64,000 nt of DNA from NCBI GenBank assembly GCA_017649635.1, contig JAGCGM010000027.1, positions 989-64,988 of the forward strand. Direction: 5' to 3'. Positions within the stretch are counted from its first letter, which is position 1. The number at the start of each line of letters is the position of its first letter. Shown in pieces: positions 28,011-38,002 of the stretch. Made by a program: the position numbers and the translations under genes. Origin of the DNA: Paludibacteraceae bacterium (GTDB taxonomy: Bacteria; Bacteroidota; Bacteroidia; Bacteroidales; Paludibacteraceae). Under the pieces are notes generated by a model. That model saw nothing but the letters and a program-made list of their open reading frames with translations, made no database searches and was not told the DNA's origin.

Positions 28011-29165
28011 ATGACGGATTTTTTTGTCACATTGTCGGATGACGCCTTTTGGATATTCGTGATGGCTTCCGCCCTCGTGATGTCAATTGTGGCGGCGGGT
28101 GTTTTGATACCTCAAATACTTTTGATAGCCTTTCGAAAAAAACTTTTCGATGAGTTGGACGAAAGGAAAATTCATCACAGCACAGTGCCGAGATTGGGAG
28201 GTCTGGCATTCGAGCCGGTCATACTCTTCACTATATTCTCCTTGTTGATGTTCGATGTACATGCAGGTAGGTTACAGCTGATGGAGGAATTGGGAGATAA
28301 CATTCTAAGCATGTCCATCTGCGTATGTTCACTGATTCTTCTATATTTGGTTGGCATCGCGGACGATTTGATTGGTGTGAAATACAGCGCGAAATTCGTC
28401 GTCCAAGTTGGTTGCGGATTGTTGTTCCTTTTCGGAGGATTGTATATCTCCAACTTGCATGGCTTGTTTTTCTTCAGCGAGAGGTTGCCTTGGTTCCTTT
28501 TTTGGCCACTGACGGTCTTCCTGGTAGTCTTCGTCATCAATGCGATGAACTTAATCGACGGAATTGACGGATTGGCTTCCGGACTAAGCGGCGTCGCCTT
28601 GGGATACTATGGGGCCGTATTCTTTGAAATAGAGGAGTACGCCTTCTCGTTGGTCGCTTTCGCCACATTGGGTACGGTGATACCGTTCTTCTTCTACAAC
28701 GTGTTCGGCAAGGCTGAAAAACAGAAGAAGATATTCATGGGAGATACGGGGTCGCTCACCATTGGTTTGATACTCTGTTTCCTGAGTTTCCGTATGGCCA
28801 ACGTCGAGATCGCGCCGACACACACATGCCTGTCGAAAGTTCATCCGATGTTCCTCGCGTTCTCTCCGTTGATGGTGCCATGTATGGATGTGGTTCGCGT
28901 CTTCATCTACAGGTTGAAGTGTCGGAAAAATCCATTCATGCCTGACAAGAGTCATATCCACCATAAACTTTTAAAATTGGGGATGTCGCAACATGTGGCG
29001 ATGATCAGCATTCTGTTCTTCTCCGCATTTATCATCGTTGTGAGTCTGATTCTCTCTAAAGAGGTTGACCCGACACTGCTTTTCATGGGAATCGTCGCAT
29101 TCTTCGCCATCATAAACATTTGGATGCACACCAAAATAGAGAAGATTTCAAAAGATAAAGATTAA
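28011..29165 (+). CDS. WecA/MraY-family initiating transferase (locus 2; close paralog of 13785..14942)
   Basis: Same motifs as the locus 1 copy. Roughly four of five residues are identical to that copy by eye. Confidence 0.85.
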   Translation: MTDFFVTLSDDAFWIFVMASALVMSIVAAGVLIPQILLIAFRKKLFDELDERKIHHSTVPRLGGLAFEPVILFTIFSLLMFDVHAGRLQLMEELGDNILSMSICVCSLILLYLVGIADDLIGVKYSAKFVVQVGCGLLFLFGGLYISNLHGLFFFSERLPWFLFWPLTVFLVVFVINAMNLIDGIDGLASGLSGVALGYYGAVFFEIEEYAFSLVAFATLGTVIPFFFYNVFGKAEKQKKIFMGDTGSLTIGLILCFLSFRMANVEIAPTHTCLSKVHPMFLAFSPLMVPCMDVVRVFIYRLKCRKNPFMPDKSHIHHKLLKLGMSQHVAMISILFFSAFIIVVSLILSKEVDPTLLFMGIVAFFAIINIWMHTKIEKISKDKD

Positions 29166-29279
29166 CACTCCTGGTCATGGAGGTATGCGGTAGCATATTC
29201 TTCCAGGATGTCCATTTGGGTGACATTTTGCTATAAATATAAATTACAAGTTGTAAAAACATAAAAAAACATATTGTCA

Positions 29280-30095
29280 ATGAAAGCTAATTGGTTGATT
29301 TTAAACGTACTTGTTGTGCTGATTTTGAGTTCTTGCTCGTCACACACCAAAATACCTTATTTCCAAGATGCGGATCGTGTCAAAGGTATCAACACCTCTG
29401 CGGTGCAAGAGATAACGCTTCGTCCGAAGGATAGGATTTCCATTGTGGTGAACTGTAAGGATCCTCAACTCTCCGCCTTGTTCAATCTGCCATATGTGAC
29501 ACAGCGTGTGGTCAGCACGGGCGCTCGTAGCACTTTGTATGGAGAGGAGACCGGTGCTGTTTCCGGATACACTGTGGATAGTGAAGGAAACATAGATTTC
29601 CCAACGATTGGTAAGATCAATGTGGCAGGCTTGACAAGGAACGAATTGTCCACGTTGATTAAGGACGAGATCGAATCGAGAAATCAAGCGAAGGATCCGG
29701 TCATTACAGTCGACTTCCTTAACCTAAGCATATCCGTCCTTGGTGAGGTCGCTCATCCGGGCATCTATAGGATATACAAGGACAACATGACGATTTTGGA
29801 GGCGTTAAGCGGTGCGGGCGACGTGACCATTCAAGGGAAGAGGGAAGACGTGCTCGTCTTGAGAATGGAGGAGGGGAAACAGAAGACCTTCCGTGTCAAT
29901 CTGAACTCACTGCAGAACGTCGTACAGTCGCCAGTCTTTTATCTGCAGCAGGACGACGTCATATACGTGACACCGAACAAGATGAAGGTTAAGCAGTCTA
30001 CGGTCAATGGAAACACCGTACGCTCCACTTCATTCTGGATATCCATTTCATCGTTGGCGGCGACGGTGGTTGCGCTGGTGTTAAACAACAAATAA
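29280..30095 (+). CDS. wza: Wza-type polysaccharide export lipoprotein (locus 2)
   Basis: Lipoprotein signal MKANWLILNVLVVLILSSCSS. Near-collinear with the locus 1 Wza. The track start 29274 is TTG; the ATG at 29280 is preferred. Confidence 0.85.
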   Translation: MKANWLILNVLVVLILSSCSSHTKIPYFQDADRVKGINTSAVQEITLRPKDRISIVVNCKDPQLSALFNLPYVTQRVVSTGARSTLYGEETGAVSGYTVDSEGNIDFPTIGKINVAGLTRNELSTLIKDEIESRNQAKDPVITVDFLNLSISVLGEVAHPGIYRIYKDNMTILEALSGAGDVTIQGKREDVLVLRMEEGKQKTFRVNLNSLQNVVQSPVFYLQQDDVIYVTPNKMKVKQSTVNGNTVRSTSFWISISSLAATVVALVLNNK

Positions 30096-30179
30096 AAACA
30101 TAGAAAACATTTCGACAGATTCTAAAACGAGGTCCTGGATTTGATTAAAGTGGGATATAGTTGACCTGAGAATAGGAAC

Positions 30180-32570
30180 ATGGATCAGAACTGGAACATA
30201 AATGAAAATATTATAGTAGAGGACTCTTTGGATTTCGAGGAGTTGTACTCACAAGTTAAGATGCACTGGCATTGGTTCGCCATATCCATACTAGTGTTCT
30301 TGGCATTGGCTGTCCTATATATTCTCATGACTCCAAGTTCCTACACAAGAAGCGCCGAGGTTCAAATCAAGACGGAGGATCCTGGAGGGCCGGGGCTAAA
30401 AATGCAAAATTCGTTCAACGACATGGGTTTCGGCTCTTCCGGAGCGAAAGTGAACAATGAGTTGCGGGCATTGATTTCCCCTGATTTGATGTGTGAGGTC
30501 ATCCAACGTTATCATTTGGATATCCAGTACGAAGATGTAGGAGGATTGAAAGGTCAAGTGCTCTATGGGTCTAAACTTCCGGTTATGGTCGATTTCCTGG
30601 ACATAACGGACTATGTGGATGTGTCGTGCGTGATGAACTTGGACCGCAATGATTTTGTCGTGCTATCCGATTTCACATTCCATGATTTAGAGGAGGGTAA
30701 CAAGATGACGAGCGGCGACAAATGTAGGATACACATCGGTGACACGACAAACACGCCTATTGGACGGGTGTTGGTGACCCGTGTGCCGGATTTCCATAGC
30801 CGCAGACCTATCACGACCATTAATATCAAGCGTACCAACTTGTTTAAGTCCCAGGAAAACTGGACGTCGAAGTTATCCGTCACACAGGAAGATATCAAGG
30901 CTCAGATCATCACCTTGATGGTGAAGGATGTCTCCCCACAACGGGGTGACGCATTTCTGGGAGGAATCATTTCGATATATAATGAGAATTGGGTGAAGGA
31001 CAAGAACCAGATTGCGGATGGCACTTCCAGATTCATCAACGAGCGTTTGAAGATTATCGAGGAGGAGTTGTCCAGTGTCGACAATAACATCTCCTCCTAC
31101 AAGAGCCGGAACTTGTTGCCGGACGTGAAAGCGGTGGCGGAAATGTATATGCAGGAGAACGCCAACATCTCCAACCAATTGCGAGAACTGAATTCGCAAT
31201 TATACATGACGCAATATATTCGGGATTACTTGGCGAGCGAGTCGAATCAGACAAAGGTGTTGCCTGTGAGCTCGGGAATCCAGAACGCCAATATAGAAAG
31301 ACAGATTTCCGAATACAACGAAAAGTTGCTGAAGAGGAATCGATTGGAGGCGAACAGTAGTTCGGAAAACGATTTAGTGAAGGGTATGGACGCAGATTTG
31401 GCATCCTTGCGAAGCGCCATAATAGTCTCCATTGATAATCAGGTAGCCGCCATCAACAATCGAATCAACGCATTAAAACATAGTGAGAGGAACGCATTGT
31501 CGCGGATATCCTCCAACCCTATTCAAGCTGAGATGTTGCTCTCCGCCGAGCGTCAACAGGCGGTCAAAGAGGCTTTGTATCTCTTCCTGTTGCAGAAACG
31601 AGAGGAAAACGAGCTATCCCAAGCATATACGGCCTACAACACGAGGCTCATCAAACGACCTGGCGGTAGTATATTCCCAAGCGCGCCAAGGAAACGTAAC
31701 ATATTGTTCGTCGCCTTTTTATTCGGAATCCTCATTCCTTTGGGAATCTTGTACGCGAGGTTGACAACAGACAACACATTACGTGGAAAGAAGGATTTGG
31801 AACTAGTACCTATTCCTCTATTAGGGGAAATACCATTGGTGCAACGACAAAGGAAGTGGTGGTGTTTCTGGAAGAAACCTCGACGTATCCACACCGCCGT
31901 TGTGCAACCTGGCAATAGGAATGCGGTCAACGAGGCATTCCGTGTCATGCGTACGAATCTGGAGTTCATGGCGAGCAAGGGACCTCAGGTTGTCATGCTC
32001 ACATCCTTCAATGCAGGTAGCGGAAAGAGTTTTATTTGCGTGAATACCGCTTTGAGTTTGGCGATCAAGAATAAAAAGGTTTTGATGATCGATTGCGACA
32101 TGAGGCACGCCTCCTTGTCGAAGTGGGCAAAAAATCCGACGACAGGTCTCAGTGCGTGCCTTAACGGCAAAGTGAAGGACGTGGAAGAGGTGTTGGTGAA
32201 GTCTGTCGGTGGATACGTAGGGTTGGATGTGTTGGCTGTAGGCGGTATCCCTCCCAATCCTACAGAACTGATTGGCAACGGGTTGTTGCCTCAAATCGTC
32301 GAAAACATGAGGAACAAGTATGATTATATCTTGTTAGACTGTCCTCCAATAGATATCGTCGCGGATGCACAGATTATAGAGTCGTTCGTAGACCGCACAC
32401 TATTTGTCGTCCGTGCCGGATTGCTGGAACGTTCAATGTTGGATGAACTGACGAATATATATGATGAAAAGAGATTCAAGAATATGTCATTAATACTAAA
32501 TGGCACCTCCATGGAAAAGGGCAAATTCTCTTATCGATATGGCTACCATTCGGATTATTATGTCAAATAG
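30180..32570 (+). CDS. wzc: Wzc-type chain-length regulator / BY tyrosine autokinase (locus 2)
   Basis: Walker A SFNAGSGKSF, A' VLMIDCDMRHAS, Walker B ILLDCPPI, Tyr-rich tail FSYRYGYHSDYYVK. Confidence 0.9.
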   Translation: MDQNWNINENIIVEDSLDFEELYSQVKMHWHWFAISILVFLALAVLYILMTPSSYTRSAEVQIKTEDPGGPGLKMQNSFNDMGFGSSGAKVNNELRALISPDLMCEVIQRYHLDIQYEDVGGLKGQVLYGSKLPVMVDFLDITDYVDVSCVMNLDRNDFVVLSDFTFHDLEEGNKMTSGDKCRIHIGDTTNTPIGRVLVTRVPDFHSRRPITTINIKRTNLFKSQENWTSKLSVTQEDIKAQIITLMVKDVSPQRGDAFLGGIISIYNENWVKDKNQIADGTSRFINERLKIIEEELSSVDNNISSYKSRNLLPDVKAVAEMYMQENANISNQLRELNSQLYMTQYIRDYLASESNQTKVLPVSSGIQNANIERQISEYNEKLLKRNRLEANSSSENDLVKGMDADLASLRSAIIVSIDNQVAAINNRINALKHSERNALSRISSNPIQAEMLLSAERQQAVKEALYLFLLQKREENELSQAYTAYNTRLIKRPGGSIFPSAPRKRNILFVAFLFGILIPLGILYARLTTDNTLRGKKDLELVPIPLLGEIPLVQRQRKWWCFWKKPRRIHTAVVQPGNRNAVNEAFRVMRTNLEFMASKGPQVVMLTSFNAGSGKSFICVNTALSLAIKNKKVLMIDCDMRHASLSKWAKNPTTGLSACLNGKVKDVEEVLVKSVGGYVGLDVLAVGGIPPNPTELIGNGLLPQIVENMRNKYDYILLDCPPIDIVADAQIIESFVDRTLFVVRAGLLERSMLDELTNIYDEKRFKNMSLILNGTSMEKGKFSYRYGYHSDYYVK

Positions 32571-32626
32571 ATGCACAATGAATAATCCTACAAGTATATG
32601 TTGTTGAATGATAAACAGGGATATTA

Positions 32627-33262
32627 ATGAAGCAGATCGTAATTATAGGCGCAAGGGGTTTCGGAAGGGAATGCTATGAACTTTTTAAAAACAAGAAAGG
32701 GTTTAAGTGGCATTTTAAAATCAAAGGCTTTTTGGACGACAAAGCGGATGCATTGGATGGAATGACGGGATATCCGCCGATTTTAGGACCGGCCGAGACG
32801 TATCAGATACAAAAAGATGATGTGTTTTTTTGTGCTTTGGGAGATCCTCTCCAGCGGAAAAAATATATAGATTGTATTTTGAAAAATGGAGGGAATTTCA
32901 TATCTTGCATTAGCGACTACGCTTTGATTAATTCCACGGCAAAAATAGGCAATGGAGTTTTCATTGGCGCATACGCGATCATTTCGTCAGATGTGGCCAT
33001 AGGAGACTTCACCGTGATTCATCCGTTCTGCAATTTGGGACATGACGCCAAGGTAGGCAAATACGGAGAAATCGAGCCATACACCGCCTTGGGAGGGTAT
33101 TCCGAAATTGGGGAATACGTGACAATCCACCCACATTCGACGATATTGCCGAAGATTCATGTGGGTGACTATTCGTCGATTGGTTCAGGTAGCGTCGTAC
33201 TGAAGGACGTGAAAGAGCGAACGACCGTATTTGGAGTACCTGCAAAGGTATTAGATATTTAA
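32627..33262 (+). CDS. NeuD/PglD/VioB-family sugar acyltransferase (Rossmann-like N-domain plus left-handed beta-helix)
   Basis: N-terminus IVIIGARGFGRECYELF followed by hexapeptide repeats (IGNGVFIGAYAIISSDVAIGDFTVIHP...). Confidence 0.8.
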   Translation: MKQIVIIGARGFGRECYELFKNKKGFKWHFKIKGFLDDKADALDGMTGYPPILGPAETYQIQKDDVFFCALGDPLQRKKYIDCILKNGGNFISCISDYALINSTAKIGNGVFIGAYAIISSDVAIGDFTVIHPFCNLGHDAKVGKYGEIEPYTALGGYSEIGEYVTIHPHSTILPKIHVGDYSSIGSGSVVLKDVKERTTVFGVPAKVLDI

Positions 33263-33292
33263 ATTTACTTACTTTAATTAAACGATTACGAA

Positions 33293-33526
33293 ATGAAAAG
33301 TTTGGATGAATTTGTTGTTTTATTTGCAGAACAATTGGACGAAACAGATCCATCAAGTGTAACTGCTCAGACAAAATTCCGTGAATTGGACGAATGGTCT
33401 TCTCTTTTGGCGCTCTCATTGATTTCCATGATTGACGAGGAATTTGACGTGGCATTGAAAGGGGATGACGTGAAGAACTCCGAAACGATAGAGGATGTGT
33501 ATAACATAGTTGTTTCTAAGATATAA
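33293..33526 (+). CDS. Acyl carrier protein
   Basis: 77 aa and acidic, with a helix II-like motif ELDEWSSLLALSLISMIDEEF containing a candidate phosphopantetheinyl serine. TAATG overlap with the next gene. Confidence 0.7.
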   Translation: MKSLDEFVVLFAEQLDETDPSSVTAQTKFRELDEWSSLLALSLISMIDEEFDVALKGDDVKNSETIEDVYNIVVSKI

Positions 33527-34596
33527 TGGCTTTCTTGGAATTTAAAAACGTGAATTTAGTAGGTATGGCGGCAGGTGTTCCCAGTTTTGTGGCGAACAAC
33601 CTGCGGCCTTTGCCTGACGACGACGTGTCGTCCGACTATTCTCCCGAGGACTTTGTGAAGAATACGGGCGTGTTGGAACGTCGCATAACCTATACGCAGA
33701 CCACCTCTGACCTATGCTACCATGCGGCGGAACGTCTTATTGCCGACCTGGGTTGGAAAAAAGAGGAAATTGATGCGCTTATATTTGTTTCCCAGACACG
33801 AGATTATGCCACACCGGCCACTTCAGGTTTGCTTCAAGACCGTTTAGGCTTGAGCAAGAACACATATTGCATCGATTTGACGTTAGGATGTTCGGGGTGG
33901 GTATATGGTTTGAACACAGTCACCTCTCTGCTCTCCACAGGATGCATGAAGAAGGCCCTTTTGATGGCAGGAGACTCTAAGGCAGTCCGCCCGATGAAAC
34001 TCTCTCCTTTGTTTGGTCATGCGGGCACAGTGACAGCTTTGGAATACAAACCGGGAGCGCAAGGGTTCCGGTTCCATTGCGGAACGGACGGCAGCGGATA
34101 CGATGCGATCATCATACCTGACAGCGGATGCCGCAATCTGATCACTCCTCGCTCGTTTCAATACGAGGAATGTGAGGGTGGAAAGAAGACCAGAATGCAG
34201 TCCCGCATGAAGGGAATGGATGTGTTCTCCTTCGGAATCACGACCGCACCGAAGTCCGTGAAGAAATTGTCGGAGAATTATGGCTTCGATTACCAAGAAT
34301 GTGATTATTTGGTGCTACATCAGGCGAATATGGCGATGAATAGCATGATCGCCAAGAAACTGAAACTCCCTGTAGAAAAGGTTCCTTCCTGCATGCATCA
34401 TTTCGGCAATACATCCTCCGCCTCCATTCCGTTGACAATCGTGACGGAACTGAAAGACAAGGCGACAACAGGGAAGCGGAATTTCCTGTGTTGTGGGTTT
34501 GGCGTAGGACTATCATGGGCTACAGTCTCTTTCACGACGGAAAATCTTCTTATATCCGACCTTGTGGAAGTCGATGAGGATGGTATTGCTTCATAA
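33526..34596 (+). CDS. 3-oxoacyl-ACP synthase III (FabH-like) 1
   Basis: Cys-His-Asn triad contexts are present: LTLGCSGWVYGL, LVLHQANMAMN, HFGNTSSASIP. Confidence 0.85.
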   Translation: MAFLEFKNVNLVGMAAGVPSFVANNLRPLPDDDVSSDYSPEDFVKNTGVLERRITYTQTTSDLCYHAAERLIADLGWKKEEIDALIFVSQTRDYATPATSGLLQDRLGLSKNTYCIDLTLGCSGWVYGLNTVTSLLSTGCMKKALLMAGDSKAVRPMKLSPLFGHAGTVTALEYKPGAQGFRFHCGTDGSGYDAIIIPDSGCRNLITPRSFQYEECEGGKKTRMQSRMKGMDVFSFGITTAPKSVKKLSENYGFDYQECDYLVLHQANMAMNSMIAKKLKLPVEKVPSCMHHFGNTSSASIPLTIVTELKDKATTGKRNFLCCGFGVGLSWATVSFTTENLLISDLVEVDEDGIAS

Positions 34597-34620
34597 CAAA
34601 TAATCAATAAGAAAGAAAAC

Positions 34621-35694
34621 ATGGCGTTTCTAGATATAAAAAATGTTCGGATTGCCGGTATGTCTACCGCTGTGCCTAAAAAGGTTGTCCATAACGATGA
34701 TGCTCTGAAGGGAAGCGACGAGAACATCAGCAAATATATTGAACAGATTGGTATCATTGAGAGAAGGGAAAGCCTCAAACTCACGGTCTCCGATCTTCAA
34801 GTCATGTCGGCTGAACGTATGTTGGCGGATTTGGCTTGGGAGAAAGATAGTGTGGATGCCATACTTTGTGTGAGCCTCACTCCTGACTATCCGTTGCCTG
34901 TCAATGCTTGCCTCATTCAGGACCGTTTAGGTTTAAGCAAAGAATGCTATGCGCAAGACATCTGTTTGGGATGTTCCGGTTGGGTATACGGATTAAGTGT
35001 ACTCTCCGCTTTTATGCGTGACGGTAACGTCAAACGGGGCTTGTTGTTAACGGGAGATGGACGAATGACATGGGGGAAAGGCAGGAATGCGCTTCAGTTT
35101 GGTCATGCCGGTTGTGTGACAGCCTTGGAGTATGCCCCTGGCAATGAGGGCTTCAAATTTAATTTCGGCACAGACGGCAGTGGATTCGAGGCTGTGATAA
35201 TGCCACAAAGCGGTATGCGTAAGATGGAGTATGATGAGGAGCTCATCAAGCGTTTCGACGATCCGTTCATGCAGCATTCCATGGAGGCTGAGATGAATGA
35301 AAAGGAGTTCTTGTCATTCTGTGTTAACGCTGTGCCGAAGTCCATTAACGAATTGTGCGAACATTACGGCATCGACTATAAAAAGTGTGACTATTTGGTT
35401 CTCCATCAAGCCAATAAGATCATCAACCAACATATCGCCGAGAAAATGAATGTGGCTCCAGAGAAGGCTATCTCCTCCTATGAGCATTTCGGTAACACAT
35501 TGTCCGCAAGTATTCCTATCACCATCACAACGCAACTCAAGGGTGAGATTGAAGGGAAAAACACCAACTTTATCTGTTGCGGATTCGGTGTGGGTCTCTC
35601 ATGGGGATCCGTTTCCTTCTCGACAAAGGACATTGTGATTTCGGATTTGGTGGAAGTGGACGATAATCAATTTGAAGATTTAACATGGGTATGA
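34621..35694 (+). CDS. 3-oxoacyl-ACP synthase III (FabH-like) 2
   Basis: ICLGCSGWVYGL, LVLHQANKIIN, HFGNTLSASIP. A paralog of the preceding gene. Confidence 0.85.
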   Translation: MAFLDIKNVRIAGMSTAVPKKVVHNDDALKGSDENISKYIEQIGIIERRESLKLTVSDLQVMSAERMLADLAWEKDSVDAILCVSLTPDYPLPVNACLIQDRLGLSKECYAQDICLGCSGWVYGLSVLSAFMRDGNVKRGLLLTGDGRMTWGKGRNALQFGHAGCVTALEYAPGNEGFKFNFGTDGSGFEAVIMPQSGMRKMEYDEELIKRFDDPFMQHSMEAEMNEKEFLSFCVNAVPKSINELCEHYGIDYKKCDYLVLHQANKIINQHIAEKMNVAPEKAISSYEHFGNTLSASIPITITTQLKGEIEGKNTNFICCGFGVGLSWGSVSFSTKDIVISDLVEVDDNQFEDLTWV

Positions 35695-36446
35695 CAAATA
35701 ATCCTTTTTCCTTAGAGGGAAAAACAATATTGATGACAGGTGCCTCTTCCGGCATCGGTCAGGGATGCGCATTGATGGCTGCGCAAATGGGAGCGAAGGT
35801 CATCGTGTGTGGCAGGAATGAGGAGAGGCTGAAGGAAACCATCAGCCAATTGCCAGGGGAGGGGCATTCAACCTTCGTCGGCGAATTGACGGACCAGTCG
35901 ATCATAGAGAAACTTGTGGCGGAAACACCTTCGTTGGATGGTGTAGTCTTTTCCGCAGGCATCTCCATGACAGCGCCTTTCACCTTCTCCACTAGAGAGA
36001 AATTCGACAAAGTGTTCGACGTGAACTTCTTTTCCCCGATTGAAATACTGCGTCTTCTGGTGAAGAAGAAAAAGTTGGTCAACGGGGCATCTGTGGTGTT
36101 CATATCGTCAGTGGGTGGTAATTTCGGTTTCTCCGTGGGCAATGGAATCTACGGAGCGTCGAAAGCCGCACTGAACTCCATGTCCCGCTTGTGTAGCCTC
36201 GAATTGGCTCCGAAGAAGATACGCGTCAACTCGGTATGTCCTGGTATGGTGGTGACGCCTTTGGTGGAGGGATTTTCCGAAAACATCACCCAAGAGGCGA
36301 TTCAAAAAGATATGGACTTTTATCCTTTGAAACGTTACGGCAAACCGGAAGACATCGCAGGCGGTGTCGTATACCTCTTGTCCGACGCGGCATCTTGGGT
36401 GACAGGACAGGCTATTTGCATCGATGGCGGCATCACGGCATATTAG
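35685..36446 (+). CDS. Short-chain dehydrogenase/reductase (FabG-like ketoreductase)
   Basis: TGASSGIG cofactor motif and the YGASKAAL catalytic Tyr-x3-Lys. Overlaps the end of KASIII-2 (alternative start 35691). Confidence 0.85.
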   Translation: MGMTNNPFSLEGKTILMTGASSGIGQGCALMAAQMGAKVIVCGRNEERLKETISQLPGEGHSTFVGELTDQSIIEKLVAETPSLDGVVFSAGISMTAPFTFSTREKFDKVFDVNFFSPIEILRLLVKKKKLVNGASVVFISSVGGNFGFSVGNGIYGASKAALNSMSRLCSLELAPKKIRVNSVCPGMVVTPLVEGFSENITQEAIQKDMDFYPLKRYGKPEDIAGGVVYLLSDAASWVTGQAICIDGGITAY

Positions 36447-36507
36447 ACTTTAGATTTCAGACGTTAAACGATAGACTTTAGATGATTTGAGCGGTTGTTG
36501 ATAAATC

Positions 36508-37998
36508 ATGGCTGAAGAAGAATCACTGAGAAACAAGACGAAGAAGGGACTTTTCTGGAGTGCGTTGGAGCGTTTCGGAACGCAGGGTATATCCGCTGTG
36601 TTCGCTATTTTCCTTGCGAGACTGCTTTCTCCTGACGATTACGGATTAGTGGCAATGCCGATGGTGTTCCTCTCCTTGGCGTTATGCTTTGTAGATAGCG
36701 GATTCGCTTCCGCACTGATTCGTAAACCGGATCTGAAAGAAGAGGACATCACAACAGCCTTCTATTTCAACATTATAGCGGGCATTGTTTGTTATGGGCT
36801 CCTCTTCTTCGCATCCCCGTTTGTCGCAGACTTCTACAAGGCACCGATTTTGACCTCATTGCTGAAGGTTTCCGCATTGGGAATGCTCATCGGCTCGTTC
36901 TGCACGGTGCAGCAGGCGTTGCTGACCAAGCAGATCGACTTCAAGCGACAAGCGAAAATCTCTTTGTGCGCCTCCATCGTAGGAGGATGCATCGGTGTGG
37001 GTTTGGCACTGAGTGGTTTCGGAGTCTGGTCATTGGTGTTCCAGGCCATCTTCGCCCAAACGGTTCGTGCGATTTTACTATGGCGTACAAGTACTTGGAG
37101 ACCGCACGGGAAGTGGTCGAACGAGTCTTTCCACTACCTATGGAACTTTGGAAGCAAAATGTTGGCTTCCTCCATTCTTGATACGCTCTATGTCAACATC
37201 TATCCGATTGTGATCGGTAAATTGTTCAAGCCAGCGGATTTAGGTAATTATACGACGGCGAATCACTTCGCCTCGTTGCCTTCAAGCAACCTGACGGGTG
37301 TGCTACAACGCGTAACCTTCCCTGTATTGAGCACCATCCAAAACGATGATGAGCGTTTAGCCCGCAATTATAGGAAAATACTTCGGCTATCAGCCTTTAT
37401 CGTATTCCCCTTAATGATGGGATTGTCCTCCGCAGGCGAACCGTTCGTGCTTGTTTTCTTGGGAGAGAAATGGCAAGGATGTATCATCCTGTTGCAATTA
37501 GCCTGCTTCTACATGATGTTCTACCCTATACACGCCATCAATCTGGATCTACTGCAGGTAAAAGGGCGTTCCGACCTCTTCCTCAAGTTGGAGATCATCA
37601 AGAAACTGATGGGTGTGGCCATCATGGTCATCGCGATACCGCACGGAATCGTCGTCATGGTGGCGAGCGGCATCGTGACCTCCATACTTGCGTTAGCCAT
37701 CAACACATACTATACGGGTAAACTGATCAATGTGGGCTTCTTCAAACAGATGAGGGATATCTCCCCAATATTCCTGATCGGCATGGTCATGTGGAGCATC
37801 ATCATGATATTCAACCATTATGTCCATAACGTCTACATCGCTTTGCCATGCGACATCGTCATCGGTGTATTTATCTATTTATGCTGCGCAAAGTTGTTCT
37901 TGAAGGATGACCTGAAAGAAATCATCTCCATGATGCCCGCATCTATCAGGGGAAAGTTGTCAGGTTTAATCAACGTTGATGAAATAGAGGAGAAGTAA
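36508..37998 (+). CDS. wzx: Wzx-type polysaccharide flippase (MOP superfamily)
   Basis: About 12-14 TM helices. The N-terminus KKGLFWSALERFGTQGISAVFAIFLARLLSPDDYGLVAM is typical of the Polysacc_synt family. Confidence 0.8.
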   Translation: MAEEESLRNKTKKGLFWSALERFGTQGISAVFAIFLARLLSPDDYGLVAMPMVFLSLALCFVDSGFASALIRKPDLKEEDITTAFYFNIIAGIVCYGLLFFASPFVADFYKAPILTSLLKVSALGMLIGSFCTVQQALLTKQIDFKRQAKISLCASIVGGCIGVGLALSGFGVWSLVFQAIFAQTVRAILLWRTSTWRPHGKWSNESFHYLWNFGSKMLASSILDTLYVNIYPIVIGKLFKPADLGNYTTANHFASLPSSNLTGVLQRVTFPVLSTIQNDDERLARNYRKILRLSAFIVFPLMMGLSSAGEPFVLVFLGEKWQGCIILLQLACFYMMFYPIHAINLDLLQVKGRSDLFLKLEIIKKLMGVAIMVIAIPHGIVVMVASGIVTSILALAINTYYTGKLINVGFFKQMRDISPIFLIGMVMWSIIMIFNHYVHNVYIALPCDIVIGVFIYLCCAKLFLKDDLKEIISMMPASIRGKLSGLINVDEIEEK

Positions 37999-38002
37999 GG
38001 AA

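Noticed and set aside
36444-36483. The 12-nt direct repeat TAGACTTTAGAT (36444-36455 and 36472-36483) between the SDR and flippase genes.
   Set aside because: It is short, AT-rich and low-complexity, present only twice with no obvious hairpin or protein-binding symmetry. It is most likely spacer sequence of the same periodic kind as the GAATTAAG tracts.
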